Of a stretch of 64,000 nucleotides of DNA, positions 1 to 15,039 are shown one piece after another. The position numbers were made by a program, and so were the translations under genes. A model generated the notes under the pieces. It saw nothing but the letters and a program-made list of their open reading frames with translations. It did no database searches and was not told where the DNA came from. Position 1 is the first letter of the stretch. The number at the start of each line of letters is the position of its first letter. This DNA comes from Bugula neritina (Eukaryota; Animalia; Bryozoa): NCBI GenBank assembly GCA_964035545.1, contig OZ037773.1, positions 3,687,751-3,751,750 on the forward strand, read 5' to 3'.

Positions 1-65
1 CATAGCATGGCATATCATAGCATAGCAATGCATAGCATAGCATGGTATAGCATAGCATAGTATAG
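1..65. repeat. (CATAG)n pentanucleotide microsatellite, intronic
   Basis: Imperfect catag repeats at the window start. Confidence 0.85.
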
Positions 66-283
66 TATAGGATAATCTATTTTCAAGATGTAAATTTGAA
101 TTACACAGTCTTATTTCAATAGATTCCTTAGATAAATTAAAAGAAGCTTTAAAAGCTGTTTGAATCTAACATATAGCCCAAGTTACCAACTTGAGAAAAT
201 AATTTGAATTTAGGAGAGGGCAACACAACCAATCATATCATTATGAGTTTGTAAGACTATAGCTGCTACTTTACATGTTGCAG

Positions 284-1098
284 GTGACAATGTAATAGAC
301 AAAGATGAGTTTAGGACCGCCTACACCAGCTTCGGACTTACGGCAGAAACTTGCGACTCAGCTTTCGATAAATTTTCTGAAGTAGGCGTTTTGGTCACAT
401 GACCCTGAATAAATGGATGTGTTTCTAGTTATTGAAACTAAATGTGTTGAAACATTTTTAAAATGTTGCAATGCAAACAATTACAGTTTTTGTTTTACAA
501 ATAATATGACAGCTAGTAGCCATGATGCTTATCCAGTATGACACGGGAGGGGAATGTAGTCAAATGTGGTAGATGCAACTCACAAGTTTCTAACTCATCC
601 ATTAAAGTTAAAGAAGCCCACAGCGTTTCACACCACCTTACATCAGACAATGAAATTTAACATCAAATTCTGAATTTTAATACATTTGATGTTGCCAAGA
701 GTTTAGTATATATGCAAGAATTAGAAGTGCAAGTTCAACAACAAAATATGCTTATCACAATCGTATATTTAGGAGCAGTAATGGAGAAATTGAGATAGCC
801 TAAATTCTTCAAGTCTATTGTTAAACCTTGGTTTGAGGCACTGGTTGAAATTATCGCAAGAACATAACTTCTTTTGCTACATTTTTAATGTAGAACACAG
901 GCTTTTCTCAATTTCTTCATTACTGCACCCACCTCCAATCGTATCAAAATGACAAAGAACTCAGGCTGAGTTATTGTGTACTTTTAGAATGGCAAAGTAG
1001 CCCTGACCAAAGACACTTACAGCAAGTTGTGGCATGAGTTTTTTCTCTCCAACGACAAAGATGCTAAAGGCAACTTCCTGTTTGGAGCCATTGCATAA
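284..1098 (+). CDS. Calexcitin / sarcoplasmic calcium-binding (EF-hand) protein, last two coding exons; 5' part lies upstream of the window
   Basis: Exons 284-381 (cag|...|gtagg) and 988-1098 (tag|...TAA) splice in frame to GDNVIDKDEFRTAYTSFGLTAETCDSAFDKFSE-NGKVALTKDTYSKLWHEFFLSNDKDAKGNFLFGAIA*. EF-hand loop end GDxxIDxxEF and C-terminal GNFLFG are typical of SCP/calexcitin. AATAAA at ~1682. Confidence 0.88.
771..930. mobile_element. ~160-bp MITE family A (TIR ~GGTGCAGTAATGGAGAAATTGAGA)
   Basis: ggagcagtaatggagaaattgaga ... tctcaatttcttcattactgcacc inverted ends. Related copies at ~3498-3670, ~11661-11823, ~11918-12060, ~14335-14408, ~16847-17007. Confidence 0.75.
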
Positions 1099-3497
1099 GC
1101 GTGTCCACAGAGACTACTCTATGATTATTTTATTGGGCTAGTAACGGCCCTACAAGCTGTAAATCTTCATAGTTTCTATCAAAACAATAATATTCTGAAT
1201 TTAATGTTATAATTCATGTAGCATTATTCATTTGTAACTACTGTTAGAAATCAAAATATCTGCCACCAGCAGAAAATCCTGTTTTTTGGTTTCTGATTAG
1301 TTGTATTTGATTTTATAATCTTAATTTCAACAGATTGCTATGATTTCTGTCCCTAGATAATCTTTTTTTAATGCTAGAGGTCTCATCACCAACTCAGTGA
1401 CTTTGTACACTACATTATCTTTTCTTTATATGTAGCTGTGTACGTCAATTATGTTCGAAAATATCTGAATATAGTTAGAAATTCAGCTCCGATTTGTTTG
1501 TATTGCAGTGCAGGTAAATAATATAGCAATGGTTTTATTAGCAATGGCAGTTGCCATAGCAACAAATGTTACTAAACAGCGGTAATTGTACTAATTGCAA
1601 AGCATGGGTAGATTATGTTTTAGCTAAATGTTAATTTATTTTTCTCTTTCCGATGATGTATTTATAATTTTTACCTAAATTAATAAACGTTATAAAACAA
1701 ACAGAAACAATGGTGTCATTTAAATTTTGCATTATGTCTTAGTGTTATATTAATTTACATATGCAACTTTGTGTTTGAATATTGTAGTGCATTATATGCA
1801 GTGCTATGACAAAAATAGGTTGTGAGAAAATATTTTTTCTCATAAAACAAGCTTAGTAAGCAAAGTTTCTCTAATATTGAACACAGAGCAAATGCTTTAA
1901 AAAAACATTTTCTAAAAGAAGAATGACCATGACCTTTTATTAACTATCCCATTCGGTTCTGCTGAACTAGTGAAATAATTAGGAGACAATCACAAAACTT
2001 GCAAGTATCAACACTATATAATATCATTAGCCCGTAACTATATTATTATATAGGATATAGTTACATTATTTACATTTTTAAAAATATCTCTATTTTTACA
2101 TTCACACATAAAATATATAGTAATATATAATTTTATTTTAGTTTACAGAGTGCTAAAGGGTATGAAATTTATACTGTGGTTTCAGGTAGACAGCCATGAC
2201 ACCTGAATGTACTACATTGTAGATAATGCATAAAGGAAGAGGTTTATTCCAAAGAAGATTTGCTGTTTTCTTTCATCTATTTTTATAGTTTTCCAAACCA
2301 TACACTGTCTAAAATGCATATATGATAAACTTGCTCTGCAAAAGCACATTGAAATGTTTTGAGGATTCTTTTCTTTTAATGGGTAGACAACTTACAAGGT
2401 TACCACTACACACAGCTTTCTAGTGCACAATTTTAAACCAAGCTGCCCAAAAGCAACGCTGAAAACATAAACAAGCTGTAAAAATTTAAACTTAATTTTG
2501 TTTGCTCTTTTCTTTCCATATTGCATTATCCCTTATTACCTTATTTATCTCATTGTGTAATAACACCACGTGGTATTGTTGTTAAATTTCTGTAATCCTG
2601 TTGTATTGCAGTATATCGTAATATATAAGCCACTTTCATATTGTTATATGTTGTTATATGTTGTTATACTACACAACTCTATTATAAAGAAGAGTTTTGT
2701 TGTTATGCTGAAATTTCTATCAATTTATTTTGAATTATTGGATGATGCTTCAAATATTAAACACAGCAAGTTTGATATCCCTATTGTATTGTATATCTTA
2801 CATAACTTTGACTAAACATTATGATTTAACTGCTTATAGACTCTATACAGCATGTGTTATCATGCAGATTAATTTAGCACTAAATCTTATAAGATAAAGC
2901 ATTTAGATTAGAGCGGCAGTTGGCAGTTTGACTTGAAAGAAGAAGCTTTTATCTCTACTACTTTCTTATCTCAAGTTGCAGCCGGTAACTTCGAAGTTTT
3001 GCAGCAGCGAGCTCGTTAAAGTAAGTTAGATCTGCTATAGGTAACACTACTGCTAGGTAAGTTAAATAATATAAGTCACAATAGCTAAGTTAGATAATAT
3101 AGGTCACCCTAGCCCTAGTCAAGTTTGATAAAGTAGGTCACAAAGGTAGGTCACTAAAAGTAAGTAATATTTGGTAGCATTAGTCACTGGCTGGCAGCAT
3201 ATATTTCAATCTAAATGTTAAACAAAGCAAATTTACAAAAAATATAACCTTCTTATTTTAATTTTGGTTTGTATAGCACAAAATTGATGTTGTTTTGCAG
3301 TTGACACTTTATATCAGCATTAAATACTATGGTTGTTTTCTTAGATCAATAACACAAGTCTAACTAAGTAACAACTTTTCATTTAACTGATTGCTGCTTT
3401 CATGTCATCAGATATTGCATTAATTCACAGATTGCCTTCCATTAGCAATGGGACAATCTCCTGTCATAGGAGAGGTACACTAATCTGTTTCAAAAGT

Positions 3498-3670
3498 AGG
3501 TGCAGCTGTATAATGGAGAAATTGAGAAAAACCCGTGTTCTAAAAGAAAAAAAGTATAGCAAAAGAATTAAGTCATGTTCCTTCAATATGTTCCACTCAC
3601 ACCTCAAACTAACACTCCTTAAGAAGTTTTATGAAATTGGGCTATTGAAATTTATTGGTTATTGCACCTA
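3498..3670. mobile_element. MITE family A copy
   Basis: taggtgcag...aatggagaaattgagaaaaacccgtgttcta ... tattgcaccta; homologous to the 771-930 and 11661-11823 copies. Confidence 0.7.
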
Positions 3671-4147
3671 AATGCTATTGCAGTCATACTAGTAAAAGCA
3701 CAAACCAGATGCTAAAAGCTGAGGGAGCAGTTTCATGTCATATAGTTTTGGTTTAAAGAAAACACTTAATCAAAGATTATGCAATAATTTCAGAATTTAT
3801 AGAACTAGTATAAACACAAATCTATTTTTGTTTCTATATTTCTAAATTGGTGAATGTTTAACATTACCTGAAAACCAAGTACAGATACTACACTCTTATT
3901 ACAGCAATCGTATGAGTATCAATGTAGGACAATGCATTACTACAATTATTTTATGCATGCTATTATATGTATTTTGATATTCCTATGTTTGGTCACCAAA
4001 GAAACAAATATAGTATAAACAACGATACAAAACCATATCCACTATTGATGAGCAAATAGAAATGAATATTATAGTAAAACTTGCCACTTTGAAAACTTTT
4101 TATTCAAGATTTTTCATCAAATATATATGTTTATTTTATAGAAAAGA

Positions 4148-7100
4148 ATGACAACTCCTCAAGTACTGGTGCTGAATATTTTCTCCCTTCTCTGCCTCCC
4201 GGTTTTGTCACAGCGCGGCTGTCCAGAGGAGAGCTGTGACTCCAGAGGTCTTAATTGTCAGGCTGACTTCCATGTAATATCCTATAGCTTTTAGCACTTT
4301 ACTGTAATATCCTATAGCTTTTAGCACTTTACTGTAGCATCCTCTAGTTTTTAGCACTTTACTGTAGCATCCTCTAGCTTTTAGCACTTTACTGTAGCAT
4401 CCTATAGCTTTTAGTACTTTACTGTAGCATCCTCTAGCTTTTAGTACTCATGCGAAAGTTCGCATAATGACTAAACATCCTACGTTTGAACAGGTCAATG
4501 GCACAGACCCCAAAGTGATATGGGCAACTCCAATAGGTACATATAATACTGACGTCTTCCACACATCTGGATGTGTAGGTAACGATGAGAATGTCATCTG
4601 CATTTCTGGAGACCAAAGTACAAGGTTTTATATAATACATAATGCGATTACAAAATACCGAGCACTTTGGGGCAATAAATATACTAATATATTCTAACTT
4701 AAAACGCCACAACAACTCTTTCAAGAAATCATGTTTTCCATAACGCTTTTTAATTCATAGAACATTGATGTCGATTGAAACTGCGACAGGCATTATGCGG
4801 TGGAAGGACTCATTGCTGACGTCCACGAGATTTCCTGTCATGAATCTGGAAGGTGATATTATTGCTGCCGACAGCAAATTTCTGGAAATGAGGCTATCAA
4901 ATGGATCATTAGCTGGGGAACCTGCAAACTTCTATGGTCACATCAGCAACATATCCAGGTAAAATATATTCAGCATAAACTAACATCCAGTAATATGTTA
5001 GACAGTTTCCAGTAAAATACATAAGTCAGTTTATACCTTGGATGCTCTTCAATTTACTCTTTACAGGATTAAAAGAGCAAAATCTGATACTTAAAGAAGC
5101 CCTGGCACACCTCATTTATGCAGTATTAAAATATATTCATATATATCTTATCTATCATATATACAGACTTTGTGAGAGTTTTATGTTTCAGCAGTTTTAC
5201 TTCATAACATTTTTTTTTGTAAACATATCTTGAATTGAATTTGGATTTCTGATAGCTAGCTGATGATGTTTCCAGTTAGCTTTGAAGCCCGTTTCATTAT
5301 AAAACTAATAGTAATTATAGCTGACTTTCATTGCATGCTATTCTCAGCTGCCATAACACACAACTTAACTGCATGTGCTGGCTTGAAAGTTTAAACTTGA
5401 TTCAGGATACTGGCTGATCACTTGTGACTGCTTTGTTAGGCTCAGTGTCCACGACACTATAGAATTGATACTAATTATTGCATTAAAGTAACATACCAGG
5501 GATATAAAAATTTACTATCTTCTTGCCTTTTATATATATATAATTGTTACCTATAGAATTGTGCACATATAGTTGAAGCTGTATTTTGTAGCATCCATTA
5601 TGTAAAAGAACCGATACTTTTCTTCTTCGTGTCCCATGACTCTGGTGGCATCTATTATTACGATACTTGTGAGTATATCTATTACAATGTAAATAAAACT
5701 GTGAGTAGTGAATTTAGTTAATATTCTTACAAAAATATCGCATGAAAATACATGAACATATGATATATAACAATAGTATATGCAAGTATAGTGCATGTAA
5801 ATATATTTATTTCAGTATTGTTGTAAGTAGGCCTATAATATCCTTAGCAATAGAGTGCAAGTACAGATATTATATATAATACATTAGTATGTGTAAGTGT
5901 ACTTTAGTGCAAAAGTAAATGTAGATATGCTTAGAACAGTATCTCATGAAAGTGTGTGAGTACATTTAATGAAACTGTGCATGTGAGTGCACCTAGTACA
6001 GAGGGGATGTATAAGTCTTGCATGTTACAACAAAGACACCATAATCAAACTACTTACTGTATACTATACTAACCATTATATACTGCTCAATTTTAAAAAC
6101 ACATCAATTTATCGTAGTAAAAAGTTTTTAAGGCATTGCGTTTGCAGTGTTATTCAAAAACAAAGAGTTAGGCTTACGTCTTAGAAACTAATTTCTGGCG
6201 AGATTATTACCAGTGAGCATACAACTCCTGATTATTGTGTTCTGTATTTATTTGTTGCAACCCTAAAGCTGGAATGTGCGTGGCATCAATGTTTCTCAAT
6301 GTGAAGGATCCAAAGACTAAAGACACGGTGTCAGTGTGGAAACCCACCAGCAAGCTAGTAGTGAACACTGAGATGTCTTTACCCTGTACCTACTTCATCG
6401 CAAGGAATAATGTCTCGGTGAGATGCAGTGATAACTCTTACAGTAGCTGTGAACTTTGTTGTGCAGTGGACGGGGGGGGGGGGGGGGGAGGTTATATTGC
6501 TGAAATTATGGAAAATGAAATGAAATGAATCTAGAGTTGTGGTTAATCAGTGTGATTATTGCCAAGTCTCTTCAGTTTCTGTGAAATTTTCTTTTTGACG
6601 TTTTTAATACTTAATTTCATAACCTTATCTATGTATTTTATTTTTATTTAGACCAACATTGAATGTCTATAATAATAATAATACAGAACACACGCACACA
6701 CAAATAAAATATTTTTATTTTTACAGCTTGATTACCGGATGTATGCCCTGAGCTTCAACCACGAACCACCCTACATCAGGGAGAAGTGGCACATAGACGT
6801 CAACATCAGCTCACGGGAAGAGCACCCGGTCAGGGACATACGACTGCTGGTGAGAGGAAGTACTATCTTCTGTGGGCTGGACTTGGATAAAACTCTGGTG
6901 ATTGAAGATCAAGGTGACAGGTAGGCAACTAACCATTTCACAGATCTGTTCTTTTTGTTATAAAGCTCTACCAAAATATGTTGATCTCATTTAAAGCTGC
7001 CAATACATGGCTGTTGTACTCAAACTAATTTATTTTCATCTTACTTAAGTTGTACTTGATTCTCTGGTAGTTGTATTTTTATCACAAATATGAGTTCAGT

Positions 7101-9734
7101 TGAGGAACGTTATAGGAACTGAGGTAAAGAACTAATTTTATTAGAAGAAATATTTGAATGCCGTTGTGTAGCAAAATTATCACTCACATAAATAACAGTA
7201 AGCTAATTGTTATGAAATTTTTCATCATAAGTTTGCCATATGTTAGCAATCAATTGCATGAATAATGTTTTAGGATTGAAATATAAACAATACTCAGTAT
7301 AAAATTAATTCTTGTATTTAAATAATACAGCTGTAGAAACAGAGTTTTTCTTGAAAGTTTAATGTAACAAACCTGATTGACGCTGCTATAATAAAAGTGC
7401 TCCTTTTATGATTAGATCAAGTTAAAATGGGTGATGATTGCTTGACATTTCAACAGGCAGTAATTGCTGTTGCTAATACCCTGCTGCTGCCAGTAATACA
7501 TATTGGCAGCTATATTGTGACAAGTAGACTTTGCATGTTCTTTTACTTACATACGTGTATAGTTGTTGTTATATACTTTGTTTGCTGTTATACCCCCTAT
7601 TCACACTTACCGTATCGTACGCCGTAACAGCAAATATCAGCCATTTTTAATGTGTCCGGGCTGAAGTTTTCAAAGTCCGCTATTAGGTACGATCTATGAC
7701 ACTTCATTGGACAATTATATCCAATGAATTAACGCAAAAGTTTTTCTGTCCAATAAGAGTCCGCCGCAACTTATTTGAATCAAGCAGTGCTTGATCCTAC
7801 CGTACCGCAACACTGTACAGGAAGCTCAGACATTTGTAAAAATGGCTGATATTTGCTGTTACGGCGTACGATACGGTAAGTGTGAATAAGGGGATATACT
7901 TTGTTTGCTGTCATATACTTTGTTTGCTGTTATATACTTTGTTTGCTGTTATATACTTTGTTTGCTGTTATATACTTTGTTTGCTGTTAGATACTTTGTT
8001 TGCTGTTGTATACTTTGCTTCCTGTAGCGGAGTCATAAGGGAGACAATCCCTCTGACTACCAAATCCTTTGCTAGCTTCGATATCCCAGTTCTGACAGAC
8101 GTGCTCTTAACAGAATACAGCAGGTGATTGTAGTTGTCTCCTCTTTCAATCTGTGCATGTTTGTGCGGGTAGATAACTCTTACTTAAACAAAGCTACAAG
8201 CTTACTAGAGGTTTCATCACCGGACACTTTTATTGAGAGTTTGTAAAAGAAACTGGTTTTTTAGTACAATTTAAGTTTTAGCTCCCAGCACATGCAAAGT
8301 TTTAAAATCAATAGTATGTAATTATATAATCAACATGTTATAACTAATAAATCATAATCAATATATATAATTGGTGATTAGTAACCGAGAAATTGGTGCT
8401 TTGATCCTTTTAAAGGCCATAGATGATTTTAAGAAGAGCATTCAGTCATAATTGCTCCTGTGCCACATATGAATAGGTCTTAGGCCAGCTTAAAAAATTC
8501 TTTCCATGATAGATTTTTACAGCGTTGGTAACTATAATAAGCCTTCGTGAGTTTTATATATGTTTGATGATAATTTGTAGAAAGCACCGATTAACAGAGT
8601 CGCACGCTATGGTTTGGTCTCACACGAAAGACAAGTCCGGAGGGTCAGTGATAGTTGGATGGGATATCAGTGCCAACAGTAAAAACTTTAGTATAGACCT
8701 CTCCCAGTTCTATGGTTTCGATTTGGTTGTTGTTACTTCTGAGATCATGGTAAGTAGCGCAACCTAAAAAAACATTCCAGATGCAAGAGATGTGACACCA
8801 TCTGTATTTTGAAGAGAAGTTATAAAATAATCTCAAAATATTGATTTTTTTTCATTGAAATTTATCTAAATACTTGCAAAAATTAAGCTTCAGCAGTTTT
8901 ATCATAGCTGGTTTAGATTTCCGCTTGAATTTTGGTAATTAGAATTTAATTTTTTACAAGTTGACACAACTCCGAAAGGTGTGATAATTGAATTTTTGCC
9001 GTCATCGTCTGAAATTTTTTAATGTAAGTAGAAAAGGAATTCCATGCCATTTTTTAGGTTTTTGGGTACCAACCGAAAAACACTACTTTGGTGTTTGGAT
9101 TCACAGCCACAACATCTGGCGCTGTCCACTCTGCTTCAGGGTGCTATGTCGCTGCCCTCAACCCAATGCCAGGTGGGTGGATGCCTGTCTAACATAGATC
9201 CATCATTGATAGGCTTTAGACAAATTGTTTAAATGTACTCTGCTAGTATATATAATATATTATAGTATATTATGTTATCAGATAATATATACCATTATAT
9301 AATATTTGAAAATATAACATATCATACCTATAGTATTATAAAATAAAATATACTATCCTGTATTATAATCTACTGTAATATAATATATAATATGATATAT
9401 CTTAAAACTAGAAAATATAGCAACTGAGTGCTTAGTTTTATTATTATACAATTATTTTATTTCGTGATACACTTGTTAGATTAGCTAGCCACGATAGATT
9501 GGTTGCCTAGCAACTAACAGGTAAACAACATGGTGAGCACATAGCAAGCAGCATATCAGCACTACTCCTGATTGTCTTACAGATGGCAGCATGCACCGCG
9601 AGGCGCTGATACAAGTCGGATCTTCTGTTGACAAGGTTGTTGGTCAGATTATCGGAGTGAGAGACTCAACAATGGTTGCCACTCTGGACACCCCTAATGG
9701 TTATTATGCTCTCGGGCTAAAAGTAGGAACATAG
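4148..9734 (+). CDS. Uncharacterised secreted protein, ~478 aa, probable PQQ/BamB-like beta-propeller
   Basis: Ten phase-compatible GT-AG exons: 4148-4247, 4438-4624, 4761-4958, 5592-5668, 6269-6417, 6727-6920, 8028-8123, 8581-8749, 9058-9172, 9583-9734 (1437 nt, ends TAG). Signal-peptide-like start MTTPQVLVLNIFSLLCLPVLS; blade-like motifs LMSIETATGIMRW and MYALSFNHEPPYIREKW. Probable non-coding first exon ending ~3020 (|gtaagt). The first coding junction is ambiguous because it lies in a repeat. Confidence 0.8.
4273..4448 (+). repeat. 30-bp minisatellite x6 containing the splice acceptor
   Basis: Unit tgtagcatcctctag|cttttagcactttac; the last copy runs into the coding exon. Confidence 0.9.
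7593..7893. mobile_element. 301-bp MITE with ~57-bp TIRs and 3-bp ATA target-site duplication
   Basis: ccccctattcacacttaccgtatcgtacgccgtaacagcaaatatcagccattttta matches the reverse complement of the right end. Flanks gtt[ata]...[ata]tactttg restore the interrupted 19-bp repeat unit. Confidence 0.9.
7894..8020 (+). repeat. 19-bp minisatellite (atatactttgtttgctgtt) forming the polypyrimidine tract of the 8028 acceptor
   Basis: About 7 copies, plus one more at ~7570-7592 on the other side of the MITE. Confidence 0.85.
8400..8556 (+). mobile_element. tRNA-derived SINE, 5'-degraded copy
   Basis: aaaggccatagatgattttaagaagagcattcagtcataattgctcctgtgcc...cgtgagtttt matches the SINE at 57481. Confidence 0.7.
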
Positions 9735-10021
9735 CCCATGCATGGTTATACGCTTGATTAGTAGAATATACAGCCCTGGTCCCAAGCTGGAGTAGCTAAC
9801 CCCTTGATATTATAGCTTACAGCTATAAAGAGAGTTGAAGTATATCACACTTGATGCATGCAATAGGCTACAATGTATTCAATTATGAACAAATTTTAAT
9901 ATTTAATACAAAGTGTAATAAGTTTAATTATGTTTTTCGTGTTAACTTGAAATAAATTTAAATTATTCAACTCTTTTTGATCTTTCAATTTCCTCATCAG
10001 TTTGCTATTATGCAAAATAAG

Positions 10022-10791
<770 letters not shown>

Positions 10792-11660
10792 GATGCATGT
10801 TAGAACTTTAAAATAGTATGTTTTGCTCAACTCTAGAAATAATTACAACTTTGTGATAGCATTGCGCACACAGCCTGTATATTCAGCCGGATATATAAAT
10901 GACCTTTTTGAAACCTCAACAAGTTGTTTTTATGTTCTGATAGTGATAATTATTATGAATATAAGAAACCTGTATAAACAGTAAAAGCAATCATTATATT
11001 AGTAATGTGATAATATAACAAGTTTATTAATTGTTGTTAAATGCTAGTAACCAACAGTAAATATTTTGATTCTCATTAGATCTTGTATACTTCAAGCTAA
11101 CATATATCAGCAACAGATTTAATGGCCACAGAGGAATTAACAGCTATGAAGCATAAAACGGCAGCAACTCAGTTCTGATCAAAGAAAAGACAGCATACCG
11201 CTGCGTGTGTTGCCCATTTGTGCAGTAGTAAACGTTATAGCATGTATATGTGAATGCGTACTGTTATGCTTCGACTGATAGGAATATTCTTTTTTACCCA
11301 TGGTACCTCATGTTGATATTGAAGTACAAGTACAACTATTAGATTGTCTTATATGAAATACGTGACATATGAATACGTGGCACAATGTTGTAATGTACCT
11401 GTTATAACGTCTTGCTCATTACCTTGTGGTATTGTCTACATTAATTCATATATATTTCTACTGCCAGCTCAATTACTACGTAATGTAATTTTATTATGTA
11501 ATTTATGCTTGAATGGTGGTTAATTTGGTAAAGTTTAGAATTATGGCAACTTTTATATGCTCTTGTCTCAAGAAGGTGATTAAATAAAATATAGAGAAAA
11601 CTAGTAAGCTAAACATAGGATGGTATTATTGCCTTACTTGGACTTGCAGTTTGGAGGTAG

Positions 11661-11823
11661 GTAGGTGCAGTAATGGAAAAAATGAGAAAAGCCTGTGTTC
11701 TAGATTAGAAATGTAGCGAAAGAAGTTACATTCTTGTAAGAATTTTAACTTGTGCCCCACACCAAAATTTATAAGGAAATTTAAAAAGCTTAGGCTATCT
11801 CAATTTCTCCACCGCCGCTCCTA
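11661..11823. mobile_element. MITE family A copy
   Basis: taggtgcagtaatggaaaaaatgaga ... tctcaatttctccaccgccgctccta inverted ends. Confidence 0.75.
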
Positions 11824-13789
11824 AATAGAGTCTTGAATGTAGGTTGGCATTCCATTCAAGAAATGAATTAGCAGGCATACATCTCTAAAACAGCAGAATT
11901 GTTTATAATATTAAAGGTAGGTGCAGTATAATGAATAAATGGGAAAAGCCTGTGTTCTAGATGGAAAATTTAAGCAAAATAGGTTATTATATTCTCCAAT
12001 CAACTAAAACAAAAATCTATGAGAAAAACTTAAGAACTTAGAATATTGAGAGTTCTCTACTATATGCATAGAGAGTATCGGAGTTATACTGAATGGTTCT
12101 TACTCAGCCAACTGTGTGTCATCAGAAAAAATTCATGAGATACTCATGATAGACTTCACCATGAGAAAATTTGTGGAATTGGCAAATTTTGGACAATCAT
12201 TATCCTGAAAGACATTCTCGTTTCATGAGCAGTCATTTAATTCCATGATGCATGGACATATAAAATCATTTATTTAAGAATTTCCTGTACAGCTACATTA
12301 TTTCAACTATAAAACATTAAGAATAAACTGATTATTTACGCTCTTGCAAAAACAATAATTCTAAAGTTTGATTGATTTAAAACCACCTGAGAATAAAAAG
12401 GCAAATAGCTAATTAAGATTTATTAAAGAAATGTTTTTATATGACGTATAAAGAATTATTGATTTGAAAAATACTAATAGAGCAAAATTTAAACGTCAAT
12501 GTCAGGTCTTCAATAATCATAAAGTTGCAAAATTGCAACAATTAACATTGAGAGTTTTTAGATAGGCTGCAGGTAAATAAGCAGATGAAAAGTAGACTAG
12601 GCTGGCACTATCATGTTGCTGCTGATGCCGGCAACATAAAAATCAATATTATGAAGCGTATAATTGTGATAATGTAAGAGAAGGAAGGCTATGTGTGTTC
12701 TTAGAGCAATACTTGATGTTAACAGCTAAACCTGTCAAGTTTGTTTATGAGAATAAAGCTCTACAAGGACTGGGGTAAGTGCAACGTATAAGAAAACTTG
12801 AATTAATAATATATTTACAGTCACAGTAAGAAAGACTATAAACTGCCAGTTTACTACTTACTATATATATATTCATTAATGTGTGAAAGAAATGTAGCAT
12901 TTTCTATAATAGTAGTATGTTTTACCTAATAAAACTAAACACTAACTCACAGCTGTAAACAGTTTAGACTTTGATTTATGCTTTCATTTTCTTTAAGAAA
13001 TGAATCGCAAAACATTTTAGTGAAATGTTATAACTCATGTCATGTTTGATGGAAAAAGCTATTTCCACTGTAACCGTTTCTGCTATTTATCACTGATAGC
13101 TGTATTATAGTGTATAGCGTATGCTTTCTATTTCTCTGTTGATATGTTATATAAAGTGATCAAATTAATATTTTGCAATATAATATTTACCTCACACATT
13201 ATTATTGTAAAACATAAAGCAGTTGGTTAAACTACATTAGCATAGAGCATTTAACACTAAGAAGAGTGGAATACCATGTTCTGATACAGTTTCAGAGTTA
13301 TATAATTGGTGTTGTGCACACTATTAGATATCTTCGCTTGTCAAGTTTTATATCATCACTCAACCTGTCACTTTTAAAATGGTAAATCTCAACTCGCTGC
13401 CTTTAGTTGCACCTTAAGCCAGTGTGCTAGGGGCGACAATAAGGGTTGTATGTTTATTCCCCTATGAATTACTAACATTACACCTAAAATGTTAAGTTTA
13501 CAAACTAAAACTTTATGCCTTCTGTATGTTGTTAGGACGTAGTGTACTGGGTTCGGTGTCAGCAATTTGGATTAAAGAGCAAAGTATATACTAACTCAAA
13601 CTATTCTATACGACCTGATTTGATTTATATCTTGTATAAAAGCTGCATGTGAAAATTCCACTTCATTTTCTTAGCCATGTTGTTACTTTAACTTGTATTA
13701 AACTTAATACCAAAACAGTATCAATAATTTGGTTTTGTATTTATGTATCAAAAGTTTTCTATTTAATTGTTACCTTAACTACAAAATAA

Positions 13790-13968
13790 ATTGCATCTAG
13801 AAGTTGTTGTAGATTGCATCTAGAGGTTGTTGTAGATTGCAACTAGAGGTTGTTGTAGATTGCATCTAGAAGTTGTTGTAGATTGTATCTAGAGGTTGTT
13901 GTAGATTACATCTAGAGGTTGTTGTAGATTGCATCTAGAGGTTGTTGTAGATTGCATCTAGAGGTTGA
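13790..13968. repeat. 23-bp minisatellite (gattgcatctagaggttgttgta) x~8
   Basis: Direct tandem copies. Confidence 0.9.
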
Positions 13969-15039
13969 GATTATTTGCCTGCAGTGCATAATAATCTTTT
14001 GATCTCAAAATTACAGACTCCTTTAATTAAATATTTACTAATTGGCATTCACATTGATACAAATAAATCTGATTAAATTGCACACAAATTGGTTAGCTTC
14101 TTCTTTGCTAGGTTTATTGATTTTATTTCGGACTAATTTGCTTCAATTTGCTTCAATTTCAATAATCGAAGTCTCTAAATGTATAGTCAGTAAACTTTCA
14201 AATATTGAAGTCATACATGCATGAATCACTATTTACAAAAATCTCATCTGGGTACAGTAGTATAGAAAATGTTAATAGATTAAGTTTTTTAATTTTTATT
14301 AAATAAATTTTAGTTTGAGTCATGAGTTGAAATTCTCATATGAATATAACTTTTTTGCTACATTTCTAGTCTAGAATACAGGCTAAATTTTCTTTATTAC
14401 TGTACCTATAACTTGCAAAAACCTTTTTTCATTCAGTAGTTTGAGATAAAACTGATTTGATTATATACCAAATTACACGTGCTAAATGCTATATATGCCG
14501 TATATAATATACAATATATGCTACATAATATGTGCTCAATATGCTATAAATATATACCATATATAACAAACAATATAGGCTACGTTCTATCAGTCCAATG
14601 TTTTTATTGCATAAATTCTGAATGCCAAATTCCTTATGGTAAATATTATACGTCATATAATATTGCAATGTGCTATATATTATAACATGATATATATATT
14701 ATATACTCAATGTTATACATCCTATATGCTAGATATACTTTATGCTTGTGCCTTAGGCATGCCCAGTGCACTCAGGGGACAGTTGGTACTATCTTAAGGC
14801 TATTCTTGGAAGTTGCTATAACAGACAGCAGCTGCCCATACCAAACTAAGCTTTAACTTTCAGTTTAATTGAAACAACGCTTTGAAGAATCGTCTGAAAA
14901 AGTTCTTTCTTTGATTGGCATTTCAGTGAAATATTGATTCTTGTTAAACCTGATTAAAACCAAACTAAGAATTGTTTGAAAAGAAGGTCAACAGTTCTTT
15001 TATTATAATTAATTACTGGTTTGTGATACGAGTAATATA

